From Spirochaetia bacterium (lineage in GTDB: Bacteria; Spirochaetota; Spirochaetia; SZUA-6; Bin103): a stretch of 64,000 bases of DNA. The notes under the pieces are model-generated. The model had not been told where the DNA came from. It ran no database searches and was given only the letters and a program-made list of their open reading frames with translations. This document shows, piece after piece, positions 44,101-54,415 of the stretch (position 1 is the first letter of the stretch; the number at the start of each line of letters is the position of its first letter). The position numbers and the translations under genes were made by a program. The DNA is taken from NCBI GenBank assembly GCA_965198005.1, contig CBDAOI010000004.1:1472001-1536000 (forward strand), given 5' to 3'.

Positions 44101-44377
44101 CGGCGGGCCGCACGCCGTCGCCTGGTAGCACGGCCCAAGCCAAGCTCCGGTCGGACGAAACACCGGCTGCTTCAAACAGAGACGGCCACGCCTCCGATAA
44201 CGCCTCCGTGAGCTGGTCCCAGCGCAGTTGAAACGGATGGTCGCCGGCGCGCGGCCGCCGCGTGCGGTGCGCCGTTTCGGCCCAAACGAGGAACCGGCCG
44301 CCGGACTCGTCGGGCACCCACCCGCCGTGCACGACGCACGCAACGCGTGGCGTCCTGGCCGATTCGGTGGTGGCCAT
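41195..44377 (-). CDS. SNF2 helicase with DUF3670-like region (HelZ-like)
   Basis: LADDMGLGKT, DESQ, TGTPVENRL, LKQICNHP, WWNPAVENQATDRAYRIGQ. Confidence 0.93.
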   Translation of the reverse strand: MATTESARTPRVACVVHGGWVPDESGGRFLVWAETAHRTRRPRAGDHPFQLRWDQLTEALSEAWPSLFEAAGVSSDRSLAWAVLPGDGVRPAASLELQAELDEEIATPTCWGTWRVDAAEVANPLALLRSLDPQRTGMTQNVRIGHDLRFWSRLAACFERAVRHHEYLPAIYATEPEAPKARGNRRRKVRETAVRFEAGWEFADTAEEGVVEPFARAMPGACRALRAEAPPNTDEEAEMHEPRALVRHFLAVHLDRFVRGTRFTQSALKRVQGSFLGQALPPPATPATPARSAEWASQAPIGERTWMQWRRWRDRIRRSVLDADERVCFRLADAKRASPDTWSLEWLLASRRDPSLLVPLADFWGSGNSKRPAARSVREVLLQLGQAARIYAKLWEGMDGEAPAEVVLDRAEALEFLRQQAPILQGAGFRVIVPAWWTATGQRRLRLRLTSRSSGGAAAQGTESPAVLGFDTLLSFEAQVVLDGQPITRNEWETLVSAKEGLVRLRGQWMELRGDEVSRLEEYWAADASSQSMTVADLLRAEAGSDALEVVCEGEIGRMLAVLRGTGSLDMLDQPAGFAGELRGYQMRGFSWLAYLERLGFGACLADDMGLGKTVQVLAAVLEDKARNPDAGPTLLVAPTSVVGNWQRETRRFTPTLATYLHHGPQRVKTREALEEAIRGMDIVVASFGVARLDAAVLNKVRWWRLVVDESQNVKNPTAAVTKAIRGIPAARRIALTGTPVENRLMDLWSLFSVLNPGFLGTMAEFRKNVERPIMRDRNRAATERLRSLVRPFILRRMKTDRAIIKDLPDKVEQNSYCNLTPEQATLYEAVVRDLEAKLKDAEGIGRQGLLLSTLMRLKQICNHPVQFLQDASEFAETRSHKLARVCEMLDEIEAEGESALVFTQFTVIGKLLEVLFRRRYGGAVYYLHGGTLRARREHMVEEFQDPDTEPAIFVLSLRAGGTGITLTRANHVIHFDRWWNPAVENQATDRAYRIGQRKSVFVHKMVTMGTLEERIDELIESKKKLAEDIVGGDESWLANLDNDAFRKLIALDRGDAVVG

Positions 44378-44568
44378 GCCGGCAGGGTAGGCCACAGTCA
44401 CGGGCGCATGCAAGCTGCCTCAAGCTGCCTGCCGCTAATAGTCGCGTTGCGTCCTACCTGAACCTCCAGGCGGCGCAGGCTCGTCATCACGTTTCATCAC
44501 GTTGAGCGGGTCGAGTCAAAATGGCATGATCGAGGTGGCGCCGCTGAGGGCGCTGAGGGCGCCGCACT

Positions 44569-45036
44569 ATGACCGACCTGCTTACCGAACTTCGCTGCAT
44601 TACCGATGCGCTTGATCTCGCGCGCGTAGACTACGCGCTGTGCGGCGGCGTCGCACTGGCGATCTATGGTATCCCGCGTGCCACGATCGATATCGACATG
44701 CTGATCATGCCGGATCAGGTGCGGACCGCCGAGGACGTCCTCGGACAGCTTGGCTATCGCCTTGCGGCGGCCGCAATGAGCCTCGCCGGGGGGGCGGTGA
44801 CCATCTCTCGGTTGGTGAAGCCGGAGCCCGAATCGGAGGACGTTCTGATGGTCGATCTGCTGCACGTTACGCCGGCCCTGGAAAGCGTGTGGCAGTCTCG
44901 CCAGCGCGTCGCATGGAACCACGGCGCCATCGGAACGGTGTCGCGAGCCGGGCTGGTGGTGTTGAAACGGTTGCGCGGCAGCGGGCAGGACCACGACGAC
45001 ATCAGCAGACTGACGGGAGAGCCCGAGTGCAGGTAG
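44569..45036 (+). CDS. Nucleotidyltransferase-family protein
   Basis: YALCGGVA.AIYG.PRAT.DID...K...QD.DDI. Confidence 0.8.
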   Translation: MTDLLTELRCITDALDLARVDYALCGGVALAIYGIPRATIDIDMLIMPDQVRTAEDVLGQLGYRLAAAAMSLAGGAVTISRLVKPEPESEDVLMVDLLHVTPALESVWQSRQRVAWNHGAIGTVSRAGLVVLKRLRGSGQDHDDISRLTGEPECR

Positions 45037-45059
45037 ATATCCAGGTAGATATCGTAGAT

Positions 45060-45218
45060 ATGTCCGCGCAGGCGGTCACGGTTCGGTTGCAGCGCTTGAG
45101 CCAACTGCGCGCGCTCTGCCTGTCGCTGGCCGCTGCCGGCCGGCGCGCCGGGCTGGCACCGCATCCCGCCGGTTCGACCCCGGACGCCGGCGCCAATTGC
45201 GTGGCGATGGCGGATTGA
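45060..45218 (+). CDS. Small hypothetical partner of the nucleotidyltransferase
   Basis: MSAQAVTVRLQRLSQLRALCLSL; directly downstream of the NTase. Confidence 0.4.
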   Translation: MSAQAVTVRLQRLSQLRALCLSLAAAGRRAGLAPHPAGSTPDAGANCVAMAD

Positions 45219-45277
45219 TCCGCCGCGGTGCGTTACGGCTGCGGGCGTCCGGCGGGTAGCAACTGTGACCGGTCTTT

Positions 45278-45348
45278 CGAATTGTCCCGAGCAGGACAAT
45301 TCGTTTGTCGATCAGCCCGTTCGGCCGTATCTTTCCCGATCGGGAAAG
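45278..45348. promoter_or_regulatory. Palindromic operator cluster upstream of hipBA
   Basis: CGAATTGTCC-N6-GGACAATTCG and the perfect 18-bp palindrome CTTTCCCGATCGGGAAAG. Confidence 0.75.
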
Positions 45349-45355
45349 GCAGGAC

Positions 45356-45586
45356 ATGAGTCCCCAGCAGATCGGACAGCTCGTTCGCGGAGTGCGGCGC
45401 GCTCAGGGCTTGCGGCAGGATCAGTTGGCGGCGGCCGCAGGCGTCGGCGTACGCTTCCTGGTCGAGGTGGAGCGCGGTAAGCCGACCGCACGACTCGGCA
45501 AGGTGCTCGCCGTTCTCGATGCGCTTGGGTGCAGGCTCAGGATCGAGCTGCCTCCCGACGTTGACGAAGTGCAGGTCGGACGGTGA
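45356..45586 (+). CDS. hipB: HipB-like (y4mF family) HTH antitoxin
   Basis: GLRQDQLAAAAGVGVRFL.EVERGKPT.RLGKVL. Confidence 0.85.
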   Translation: MSPQQIGQLVRGVRRAQGLRQDQLAAAAGVGVRFLVEVERGKPTARLGKVLAVLDALGCRLRIELPPDVDEVQVGR

Positions 45587-46848
45587 CGCGCGCGCTGACG
45601 GTGTGGTGGGCGGGCGCGGTGGTCGGGTCGCTGGCGCTCGACGCCGACGGGCAGATGCGATTCACCTATGCCGAGGAATGGCTGGCGGGAGAGCACTCGC
45701 CGGCGCTCTCGTGCTCGTTGCCGAAACTTCGGGAGCCGTTCCACCGTCGCAGGTGCCGGCCGTTTTTCGAGGGCCTGCTCCCCGAGGGAATTCAGCGTGA
45801 GGCGGTGGCCGCCGTCCTGGGAGTTTCACCGGACGACGAATTCGGGCTGCTGGAGCGGCTCGGCGGCGACGTCGCGGGCGCGCTTACCCTGTGGCCCGAA
45901 GCAGAGACGCCACCGCTACACGAGGCGCAGGAGCAGACCAACGCGCTGTCCGATGAAGGCTTGGTCGCGCTCCTTGATTCCCTGCCGGCGCGCCCCTTCC
46001 TGGCCGGCACGGAGGGCCGGTTGAGATTGTCCCTCGCGGGGGCGCAATCGAAGATGCCGGTGGTCCTCGTCGGAAATCAGGTCGGGATTCCGGCGCCGGG
46101 GCAACCGACCACCCACATCCTCAAGCCGGCGGTCGACCACTTTCCCGCGACTGTCGAGAACGAAGCGTTCGCGATGCGCCTTGCCGCCGGCCTCGGACTT
46201 TCCGTCGCGGCGGTCGAGCCGCGCTCGGTAGCAGGGCGGCCATACCTGTTGGTCGAACGCTATGACCGGCGCACCGGCGCGGATGGCCGCGTGCGACGGC
46301 TGCACCAGGAGGACTTCTGCCAAGCGCTGGGTCTGTTGCCGCATCGAAAGTACGCGGCCGATGGCGGACCAACGGCAGAGCATTGTTTCGCGCTGGTGCG
46401 GCGTGCCTGCAGCCGCCCGGCAGTTGAGGTCCTCAAGCTCCTCGACGCATTCATCGTCCAGGCGTTGATCGGCAATGCGGATGCGCACGCCAAGAATTAC
46501 AGCCTGTTGTACCGTGGTGCAACGGTCGAGCTCGCTCCCTTGTACGACGTGCTGTCAACCGTGGCGTATCCGGAGCTGGATCGAGGGTTCGCGATGAGAA
46601 TCGGCGGGCGCAGGACACTGGCAGAATTGCGGGCCGGGGATTGGGACCGGTTCGCGCGCACGGCTGGACTCGGTGCGCCGTTCGTGAGCCGACGGATACG
46701 GGAACTGGCCGAGCGCGCACTGGAGGGCGCCGATGCGGTAGCTGCCGCGCTGTCGCTGCCGGCGTTGAGTGACGAGGTGCTTGCCGGCTGTGCCACCCGG
46801 GCGGCCGAGCGGGCGCAACGGCTGGCCGGTACCGGTACCGCACGATGA
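45583..46848 (+). CDS. hipA: HipA kinase toxin
   Basis: GLLPEG, SLAGAQSK, THILKP, RLHQEDFCQ, GNADAHAKNYS, LAPLYD. Confidence 0.95.
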   Translation: MTRALTVWWAGAVVGSLALDADGQMRFTYAEEWLAGEHSPALSCSLPKLREPFHRRRCRPFFEGLLPEGIQREAVAAVLGVSPDDEFGLLERLGGDVAGALTLWPEAETPPLHEAQEQTNALSDEGLVALLDSLPARPFLAGTEGRLRLSLAGAQSKMPVVLVGNQVGIPAPGQPTTHILKPAVDHFPATVENEAFAMRLAAGLGLSVAAVEPRSVAGRPYLLVERYDRRTGADGRVRRLHQEDFCQALGLLPHRKYAADGGPTAEHCFALVRRACSRPAVEVLKLLDAFIVQALIGNADAHAKNYSLLYRGATVELAPLYDVLSTVAYPELDRGFAMRIGGRRTLAELRAGDWDRFARTAGLGAPFVSRRIRELAERALEGADAVAAALSLPALSDEVLAGCATRAAERAQRLAGTGTAR

Positions 46849-47405
46849 GTGACACGCTGCAACGGGAACCTGCCACGCCGGAGGAGGTGTGGGCGATCTT
46901 GCGCGAGGTCAGCGCGAGCCAGAAGGAGACCGACCGCCGGATGCGGGAGACCGACCGGCAACTGCGTGAGTTGAAAGATCTGTTCAACGGTCAATGGGGC
47001 AAACTGATGGAGGCCCTGGTGGAAGGCGACCTGGTCAATCTTCTCCGGCAGCGTGGCATCGAGGTCGACCACACGGTAAGCCGCCTCAAGAGCGGCAACG
47101 GCGCGCGGCGCTGGGAGATCGACATCATCGCCGCCAACGGCGAGGAAGTGGTGGCGGTGGAGGTGAAGACCACCCTCAAGGTGAGGCAGGTGGCGGAGTT
47201 CATCGAGACGCTGAAGGTGTTCCCGGATGAGGCGCCGACGGTATACCGCGGCAAGCGGGTATACGGGGCGGTGGCGTACCTGAGAGCGGACGAAGCGGCG
47301 GACGTGTACGCGGAGCGCCAGGGGCTGTACGTCATCAGGGCGACCGGTAGCAGTGCGAGCATCACGAACGGGCCGGATTTCAGCCCGCGGCCGTTCGGCG
47401 GGTAG
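46845..47405 (+). CDS. Coiled-coil + PD-(D/E)XK nuclease-like protein, paralog of 14088-14672
   Basis: ETDRRMRETDRQ, WGKLMEAL, WEIDI...VEVKTTLKV; ATGA overlap with hipA. Confidence 0.75.
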   Translation: MSDTLQREPATPEEVWAILREVSASQKETDRRMRETDRQLRELKDLFNGQWGKLMEALVEGDLVNLLRQRGIEVDHTVSRLKSGNGARRWEIDIIAANGEEVVAVEVKTTLKVRQVAEFIETLKVFPDEAPTVYRGKRVYGAVAYLRADEAADVYAERQGLYVIRATGSSASITNGPDFSPRPFGG

Positions 47406-47445
47406 CAGAATTGGTACTGCGATGGCGGTCGCCGCCGGTTGCGCG

Positions 47446-49080
<1,635 letters not shown>

Positions 49081-49108
49081 GGTGCCCTCGTGGTGCGGTC
49101 GCCGAGTA

Positions 49109-50239
49109 TCACGGAGCCGCGCGGCGCGCCGATCGGCGCTCGTGACGCTCGAGTGCGAGGTCGATCAGCCGCCGCAGCAGCTCCTTGAACGGGACTCCGG
49201 CAGCTTCCCACAGCTTCGCGTACATGCTGATCTCGGTAAACCCGGGGATGGTGTTGACTTCGTTCACCAGCAGCTCGCCACGGCCGCCCGCGGCGCCGGG
49301 ACTGCGCAGAAAAAAGTCGACGCGCGCCATCCCCTCCACTTCCAGGATACCACAGACCCGGCAGGCGAGCGCGCGAGCGTCAGCCCGTTGCGCGTCGCCC
49401 AACTCCGCGGGGATCAGCAATTCGGCGCCGGCCGCGTCCCGGTACTTGGCGTCGTAGCTGTAGAACGGGTGCGCCGGACCGGTCACGATCTCGCCCACCA
49501 CCGACGCTTCAGGCCGCTCATTGCCGAGCACGGACACCTCCAGCTCGCGGCCGGCCACGTATTCCTCGATCAGCACCTTGCGGTCGTACCGGAGCGCAAG
49601 GTCCACCGCCGCCGGCAGCTCTTCGGCGGAGACCGCCTTGGTAATGCCCACCGAGGAGCCGAGGTTGGCGGGCTTCACGAACAACGGCAGCCCCAGGCCG
49701 GCGGCATGCCGGCCGGCCGCGGCCCGTGACACCGGGGCGCGCACGGCGACGAACCGGGGAACCGGCACGCCCGCGTCGCGCAGCAGGCGCTTGGTCACCT
49801 CCTTGTCCATCGCAATGGCGGAGCCCAGCACCCCGGCGCCGACGTAGGGGATGCCGGCCATCTCCAGCAGCCCCTGAATGGTGCCGTCCTCACCGTACGG
49901 ACCGTGCAGCACGGGAATCACGACGTCCAGCGGCGGCAACGGCGAGCGCGCGCCCAGGTCGACCAGTTGCGCCTCCCCTGCGCGGTTCAGCAGCGCCAGG
50001 GGACCGCCGAGGGGCTCCGGGGCGGCGGCGGCCTGCGGCGGCCCGGCCGCGGGTGCGATACGCGGGCCGTGCGCACCGGGAAACCGGAGCGGGTCCGCCC
50101 GTTGCCAAGTGCCGTCGCGCTGGACGTGAATCAGCTCGACCTCATGCTCGGCGCGCAGGGCGGCCACTACCGCGCGGGCGGAACTCAGCGAAACGTCGTG
50201 TTCGGCGGACTGGCCGCCGCAGATGACGCCGATACGAAT
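49109..50239 (-). CDS. ddl: D-alanine--D-alanine ligase
   Basis: In-frame IRIGVICGGQSAEHDVSLSSA upstream of the called ORF; LHGPYGEDG, GSSVG, YDAKY, NEVNTIPG. Confidence 0.92.
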   Translation of the reverse strand: MRIGVICGGQSAEHDVSLSSARAVVAALRAEHEVELIHVQRDGTWQRADPLRFPGAHGPRIAPAAGPPQAAAAPEPLGGPLALLNRAGEAQLVDLGARSPLPPLDVVIPVLHGPYGEDGTIQGLLEMAGIPYVGAGVLGSAIAMDKEVTKRLLRDAGVPVPRFVAVRAPVSRAAAGRHAAGLGLPLFVKPANLGSSVGITKAVSAEELPAAVDLALRYDRKVLIEEYVAGRELEVSVLGNERPEASVVGEIVTGPAHPFYSYDAKYRDAAGAELLIPAELGDAQRADARALACRVCGILEVEGMARVDFFLRSPGAAGGRGELLVNEVNTIPGFTEISMYAKLWEAAGVPFKELLRRLIDLALERHERRSARRAAP

Positions 50240-50391
50240 GGTGTTCGCGCCTCCCCGGTCGATTGTCCCGCGCCGCCGGGGGCGGCGTCAAACCGGGGCA
50301 GCGCCGGCGGCAGGGGTCGTGCGCGCCGTGCCCGGAGTACCCGCGCCGTGTCCGCGGTGCCCGCCGCCGGCGTTTTCAGTACGTTACCGCC

Positions 50392-52143
50392 GTGAGTGAC
50401 ATTCCGGACGATCCGGTCGTGCGGGCGCCGTCCGGCGGCGGGGCGCGCCTGCGCGCGAGCCTGGAGCTGCACCTCGGCCGGTATCTGGGCCCGGTGGAGC
50501 AGGCGTGCGCGCGGGCGCGCGCCGCGGGGCTGGTGCGCCGCATCCGGGCCCATGACCATACGGTTTGGAAGCCGGACCCGACCGAACTCGCCGATCGGCT
50601 CGGCTGGCTGGACATCGCGACGGTGGTCCAGGATGAGCTGCCGCGGCTGCAGCAGTTCGCGGCCGGCGTGCGGCGGGACGGGTATACGCATGCCGTGTTG
50701 CTGGGCATGGGCGGCTCCAGCCTGGCGCCGGAAGTGATGGCGCGCACGTTCGGTCCCCGGCCCGGGTTCCTGCGGCTGACCGTGCTCGACAGCACCGATC
50801 CGCAGGCGGTAGCAGCCACCATCACGGAGCGGGAACTGCGTACCGCTCTGTTCCTGGTCTCGTCCAAGTCGGGCGGTACGGTCGAGACCATCTCGTTCTT
50901 CAAGTACTTTTACAACGAAGTGGCGGCGGCGGTGGGGCGGGCCGCGGCCGGCGCCCAGTTCGTGGCGATCACCGATCCGGGCAGTTCGCTGGCGGAGCTC
51001 GCCGAGCGCTATTCGTTCCGGGCGACGTTTCTCGGCGAGCCCACGATCGGCGGCCGCTACTCCGCCCTCAGCGTGTTCGGCCTGGTGCCGGCGGCGCTGC
51101 TCGGTCTGGATTTGCGCGCACTGCTGCAACGCGCCCGGCTGGCGGCGGAGAATGGTGCCGGCGTCGCCGCCCGCCTGGGGATTACGCTGGCCACGCTGGC
51201 GGCCGCGGGCCGCGACAAGCTGACGCTGGTGACCGGCGCGGAACTGCGGAGTCTGGCCGACTGGGTGGAGCAGCTGATCGCCGAAAGCACCGGCAAGGAG
51301 GGGAGGGGGATCCTGCCGGTAGTCGGCGAGCCGGTGGCGGCGCCTGAGCTGTACGGCGACGACCGGCTGTTCGCGTATCTGCGGCTGGGTGCCGAACCGG
51401 AGCTGGACGCGGCGCTCGCCAGCCTGCGCCGCGCCGGGCAGCCGCTGGTCACGCTGCATCTGGCCGACAGGTACGACGTCGGTGCGCAGTTCTGGATCTG
51501 GCAGATGGCGACGGCGGTGGCCGGCTCGCTGTTGGGCATCAACCCGTTCGACCAGCCCGACGTGGAGGCGGCCAAGCTCCAGGCGCGCCGGCTGGTGGAT
51601 GCCTATCGGACCGCGGGCCGGCTGCCGGACCCGCAACCGGCGCTGGTGGGCGACGGCATCGCGGTGTACGGCGCGGTGGCGGCGGACACGCCGGCCGCGG
51701 CAGTGGCCGACCTGGTGGACGGGGCGCCAACCGGCTCCTACTTCGCCGCGCACGCGTACGGGCCCCCGACCCCGGCCACCGACGCCGCGCTGGGCGCACT
51801 GCGCAGCGCGGTGCGCGCCCGCACCGGGCTGGCCACCAGCGCGGGGTACGGTCCGCGCTTTCTGCATTCGACCGGCCAACTGCACAAGGGCGACCGCGGC
51901 CGCGGCCGGTTTCTGCAGATCGTCACGGCCGGCAGCCCCCACCTGGCCATCCCCGACCTGGCCATCCCCGACCGGGCGGGCGACGCGGCCTCCGGGCTCA
52001 CGTTCGGCGTGCTCAAGGCGGCCCAGGCGCTGGGCGACCGCCAGGCCCTGCTCGATGCCGGCCGAACGGTGCTCACGCTCGCCGTCGAGGGCGATGCCGC
52101 CGGCGCGGTGCTCCGGCTGGCCGCCGCCCTCGGCCGCCGGTAG
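50392..52143 (+). CDS. pgi: Glucose-6-phosphate isomerase (PGI domain as in Tal/Pgi proteins)
   Basis: LGMGGSSL, SSKSGGTVET, GGRYS, EQLIAESTGK, NPFDQP.VE, HSTGQLHKG. Confidence 0.85.
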   Translation: MSDIPDDPVVRAPSGGGARLRASLELHLGRYLGPVEQACARARAAGLVRRIRAHDHTVWKPDPTELADRLGWLDIATVVQDELPRLQQFAAGVRRDGYTHAVLLGMGGSSLAPEVMARTFGPRPGFLRLTVLDSTDPQAVAATITERELRTALFLVSSKSGGTVETISFFKYFYNEVAAAVGRAAAGAQFVAITDPGSSLAELAERYSFRATFLGEPTIGGRYSALSVFGLVPAALLGLDLRALLQRARLAAENGAGVAARLGITLATLAAAGRDKLTLVTGAELRSLADWVEQLIAESTGKEGRGILPVVGEPVAAPELYGDDRLFAYLRLGAEPELDAALASLRRAGQPLVTLHLADRYDVGAQFWIWQMATAVAGSLLGINPFDQPDVEAAKLQARRLVDAYRTAGRLPDPQPALVGDGIAVYGAVAADTPAAAVADLVDGAPTGSYFAAHAYGPPTPATDAALGALRSAVRARTGLATSAGYGPRFLHSTGQLHKGDRGRGRFLQIVTAGSPHLAIPDLAIPDRAGDAASGLTFGVLKAAQALGDRQALLDAGRTVLTLAVEGDAAGAVLRLAAALGRR

Positions 52144-52175
52144 GCACGGGCCGGATCAGCCACCGCGGCGCGGCG

Positions 52176-53108
52176 TCAACGGGGCTGCAGGAGCCGCTCG
52201 ATCTCGGCGCGGCCGAACTCGTAGCGGGTATTGCAGTACAGGCAGGTGGTGACTACCGGCAACGGCCCCCGCGCCAGGATGCTCTCCAGCTCGCCCCGCG
52301 GCAGCGCGCCCAGGTGCAGGCGGAATCGCGCAGCGCTGCAGTGACACATGAACGACACGCGCCGCCGGCCGATCACCGCCGGCAGGTGGCGACCGAAGGT
52401 CTGTTCCAGCAGGGACGCCGGTTCCGTGCCGGCGGCGAACGCGGCGCCGACCGAAGGCAGCCGCTGCAGCAGCGTCCGTTCAACGTCCGCGACCCTGGCC
52501 GCGGAAGCGCCCGGCATCGCCTGCAGGAACACGCCACCGGCACCGGTCACCCGACCCTGCCGGTCGAACGCCACGCTCAGGTTCAGGGCGGTCGGGGTCT
52601 GGGCGGAGGTGGTGAAGTAATAGGCGAGATCCTGCGCCAGGTTGCCGGAGCGCATCTCCACCACGCCGCGGAACGGACGAGTGCCGCCGCCGAGGTCGGT
52701 GGTCACCGCCAGCGTACCGGTGCCGAACAGCTCCCGCAGACTCGGCACGCCGTCCCCGGGCGTCACCGGAATCGGCGCCTCGGCCAGGTAGCCGCGGACT
52801 TCGCCGAACGCACTGACCTCCACCGTCAAACCGGCGATCGGGCCGTAGCAATCGACGCGGATCTTCAGCCGTCCGGGCGGCTTGAGGTTGACGCTGAGCA
52901 GCCCCGCCGCCACGTAGGCCTGGCCCAGAACCAGGGTCTCCAACGGCCCCAACTGATGGTTGGCGCGCATCTCGAGCACCACCCGGGTCGCGTGCAGCAG
53001 CGCTCCCCGCACCTCGCCGTTGTCCAGCAGTACCTGGTAGAGCTGGTCACGGGCACCGGCGTGCAGGCGGCGCGCCAGCGTATCCCCGGGCAGCGGCCGT
53101 TTTTCCAT
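52176..53108 (-). CDS. hslO: Hsp33 redox-regulated chaperone
   Basis: GEVRGY, YYF..S.Q.PT, AGG..LQ.MPG, CHC...CLYC zinc motif. Confidence 0.92.
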   Translation of the reverse strand: MEKRPLPGDTLARRLHAGARDQLYQVLLDNGEVRGALLHATRVVLEMRANHQLGPLETLVLGQAYVAAGLLSVNLKPPGRLKIRVDCYGPIAGLTVEVSAFGEVRGYLAEAPIPVTPGDGVPSLRELFGTGTLAVTTDLGGGTRPFRGVVEMRSGNLAQDLAYYFTTSAQTPTALNLSVAFDRQGRVTGAGGVFLQAMPGASAARVADVERTLLQRLPSVGAAFAAGTEPASLLEQTFGRHLPAVIGRRRVSFMCHCSAARFRLHLGALPRGELESILARGPLPVVTTCLYCNTRYEFGRAEIERLLQPR

Positions 53109-53111
53109 GGT

Positions 53112-54389
53112 TCAGCTTCCCCCCAGCTGCCGCTGGACCAGTTCGGGCACCGGCGATGCCGCCAGCCGCGCATGCAGCACCCGCAGTTCGCGCACGCGCC
53201 GGAACGCCACGATCAGATCGCGTCCCGCGCGCAGCGCGCGGAAGTCCTGCACCGGGTACGCCCCGCGCACCAGGACCCGTTTGCGGTACCCGTCGCCGTC
53301 CGGTTCCACCAGCGACAGCCGGTACTCGGGCTCGCCGTCGGGGTCCAGCGCGCGCTCGGTGAACAGCACGGTGAGCACCGGGCGCCCGGTCTCGGCCTCA
53401 CCCGCGCCGGTGCCGCCACCGGCGGTCGGGGCCGCGTAGCCGCTGGGAAACACGGCCAGCGCGCCGACTTCACGCGCCAGCGTGACCTTGGTTTCCTGCC
53501 CGTTGTGCAGATCGACCGCGACGATCTCCAGCGCGTCCAACGCCGCCCCCGCGCTGGTGGCGCCGGCACCCGGATCGCGGCGCGTGTACGCGGCCATCAT
53601 GACCCCGGAATGGCAGCCGATCCCGATCGGTCCGCCGGCCTCCAACTCCACCCGCCGAATCTGTTCGGGGCCTTCGATCAGGAGCGCCTCGGCGTCATGC
53701 TCCAGCAGCAGCCCGCTCCGCTCGTCGCAGGCGTACGGGCTGGCCGCCGGAGCGGTTATCCCGTTCAGCGCCGTTGCGCGCGGACCGGAGACCGTTTCGG
53801 CCCGCAGGGTATAGGTAACCAGGCGCTGCTGCTCGCGGAGCACTCCGAACAGGGTCAGACCGGCGTCCGGCGCCTGCGCGGAGCCGGGCAGCGCGGCCAT
53901 CGGCAGCGGTGCGCGCGGGACCAGGTCGACCATCCACGTCGCTTCCGCACCGGCGGCGGGCGGGGCAGCCTCCCGGTAGATCCACTTCGTGACCCGTTTG
54001 TCCGCCAACTCCTGGTCGACGTAGAACAGGTGCTCCACGCCGTCGTGGGTCACGTAGGCATGCTCGCCGAGATCGGGATTGACTCCCGGAGGCACGTCGA
54101 TCCGGTCGATGGTCGCCAGGGTCGTGACCGCGGCGCGGTGCGCGGCTATCCGTCCGCGGGCGTACCTGAGGGTGAGGTGGTGGGCATCCGCGAAAATCAC
54201 GACCCATTCGTCGGGATCTGCGGCCGGCTGCAGCGAATAACGGGGCGCTGCCGCTTCCGCCAGCACGATGGTGACGGGGGTTGCCGGCGAACGGGGGTCC
54301 TGGCATGCTGTGACGATGATAACCCCAGCCACTGCGACCGCGATGCGCACCGCGACGCCCACCGCGACGCGTACGGAGCCGGGCGTCAC
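53112..54389 (-). CDS. Hypothetical lipoprotein
   Basis: Long ORF with hydrophobic signal ending VTAC; start codon uncertain. Confidence 0.55.
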   Translation of the reverse strand: MTPGSVRVAVGVAVRIAVAVAGVIIVTACQDPRSPATPVTIVLAEAAAPRYSLQPAADPDEWVVIFADAHHLTLRYARGRIAAHRAAVTTLATIDRIDVPPGVNPDLGEHAYVTHDGVEHLFYVDQELADKRVTKWIYREAAPPAAGAEATWMVDLVPRAPLPMAALPGSAQAPDAGLTLFGVLREQQRLVTYTLRAETVSGPRATALNGITAPAASPYACDERSGLLLEHDAEALLIEGPEQIRRVELEAGGPIGIGCHSGVMMAAYTRRDPGAGATSAGAALDALEIVAVDLHNGQETKVTLAREVGALAVFPSGYAAPTAGGGTGAGEAETGRPVLTVLFTERALDPDGEPEYRLSLVEPDGDGYRKRVLVRGAYPVQDFRALRAGRDLIVAFRRVRELRVLHARLAASPVPELVQRQLGGS

Positions 54390-54415
54390 GCGCGGATCCT
54401 GAACGCCGTCGAGGC

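Noticed and set aside
9957-47445. Prophage or ICE with att sites
   Set aside because: No intact integrase, phage structural or conjugation genes, and no flanking att repeat found
49109-50239. Van-type D-Ala-D-Lac ligase
   Set aside because: Omega loop YDAKY is typical of D-Ala-D-Ala ligases and no van genes are nearby
54339-54374. Three imperfect 12-bp tandem units (CGCGAYGCNNAC)
   Set aside because: Explained by the Val/Ala-rich signal peptide on the minus strand
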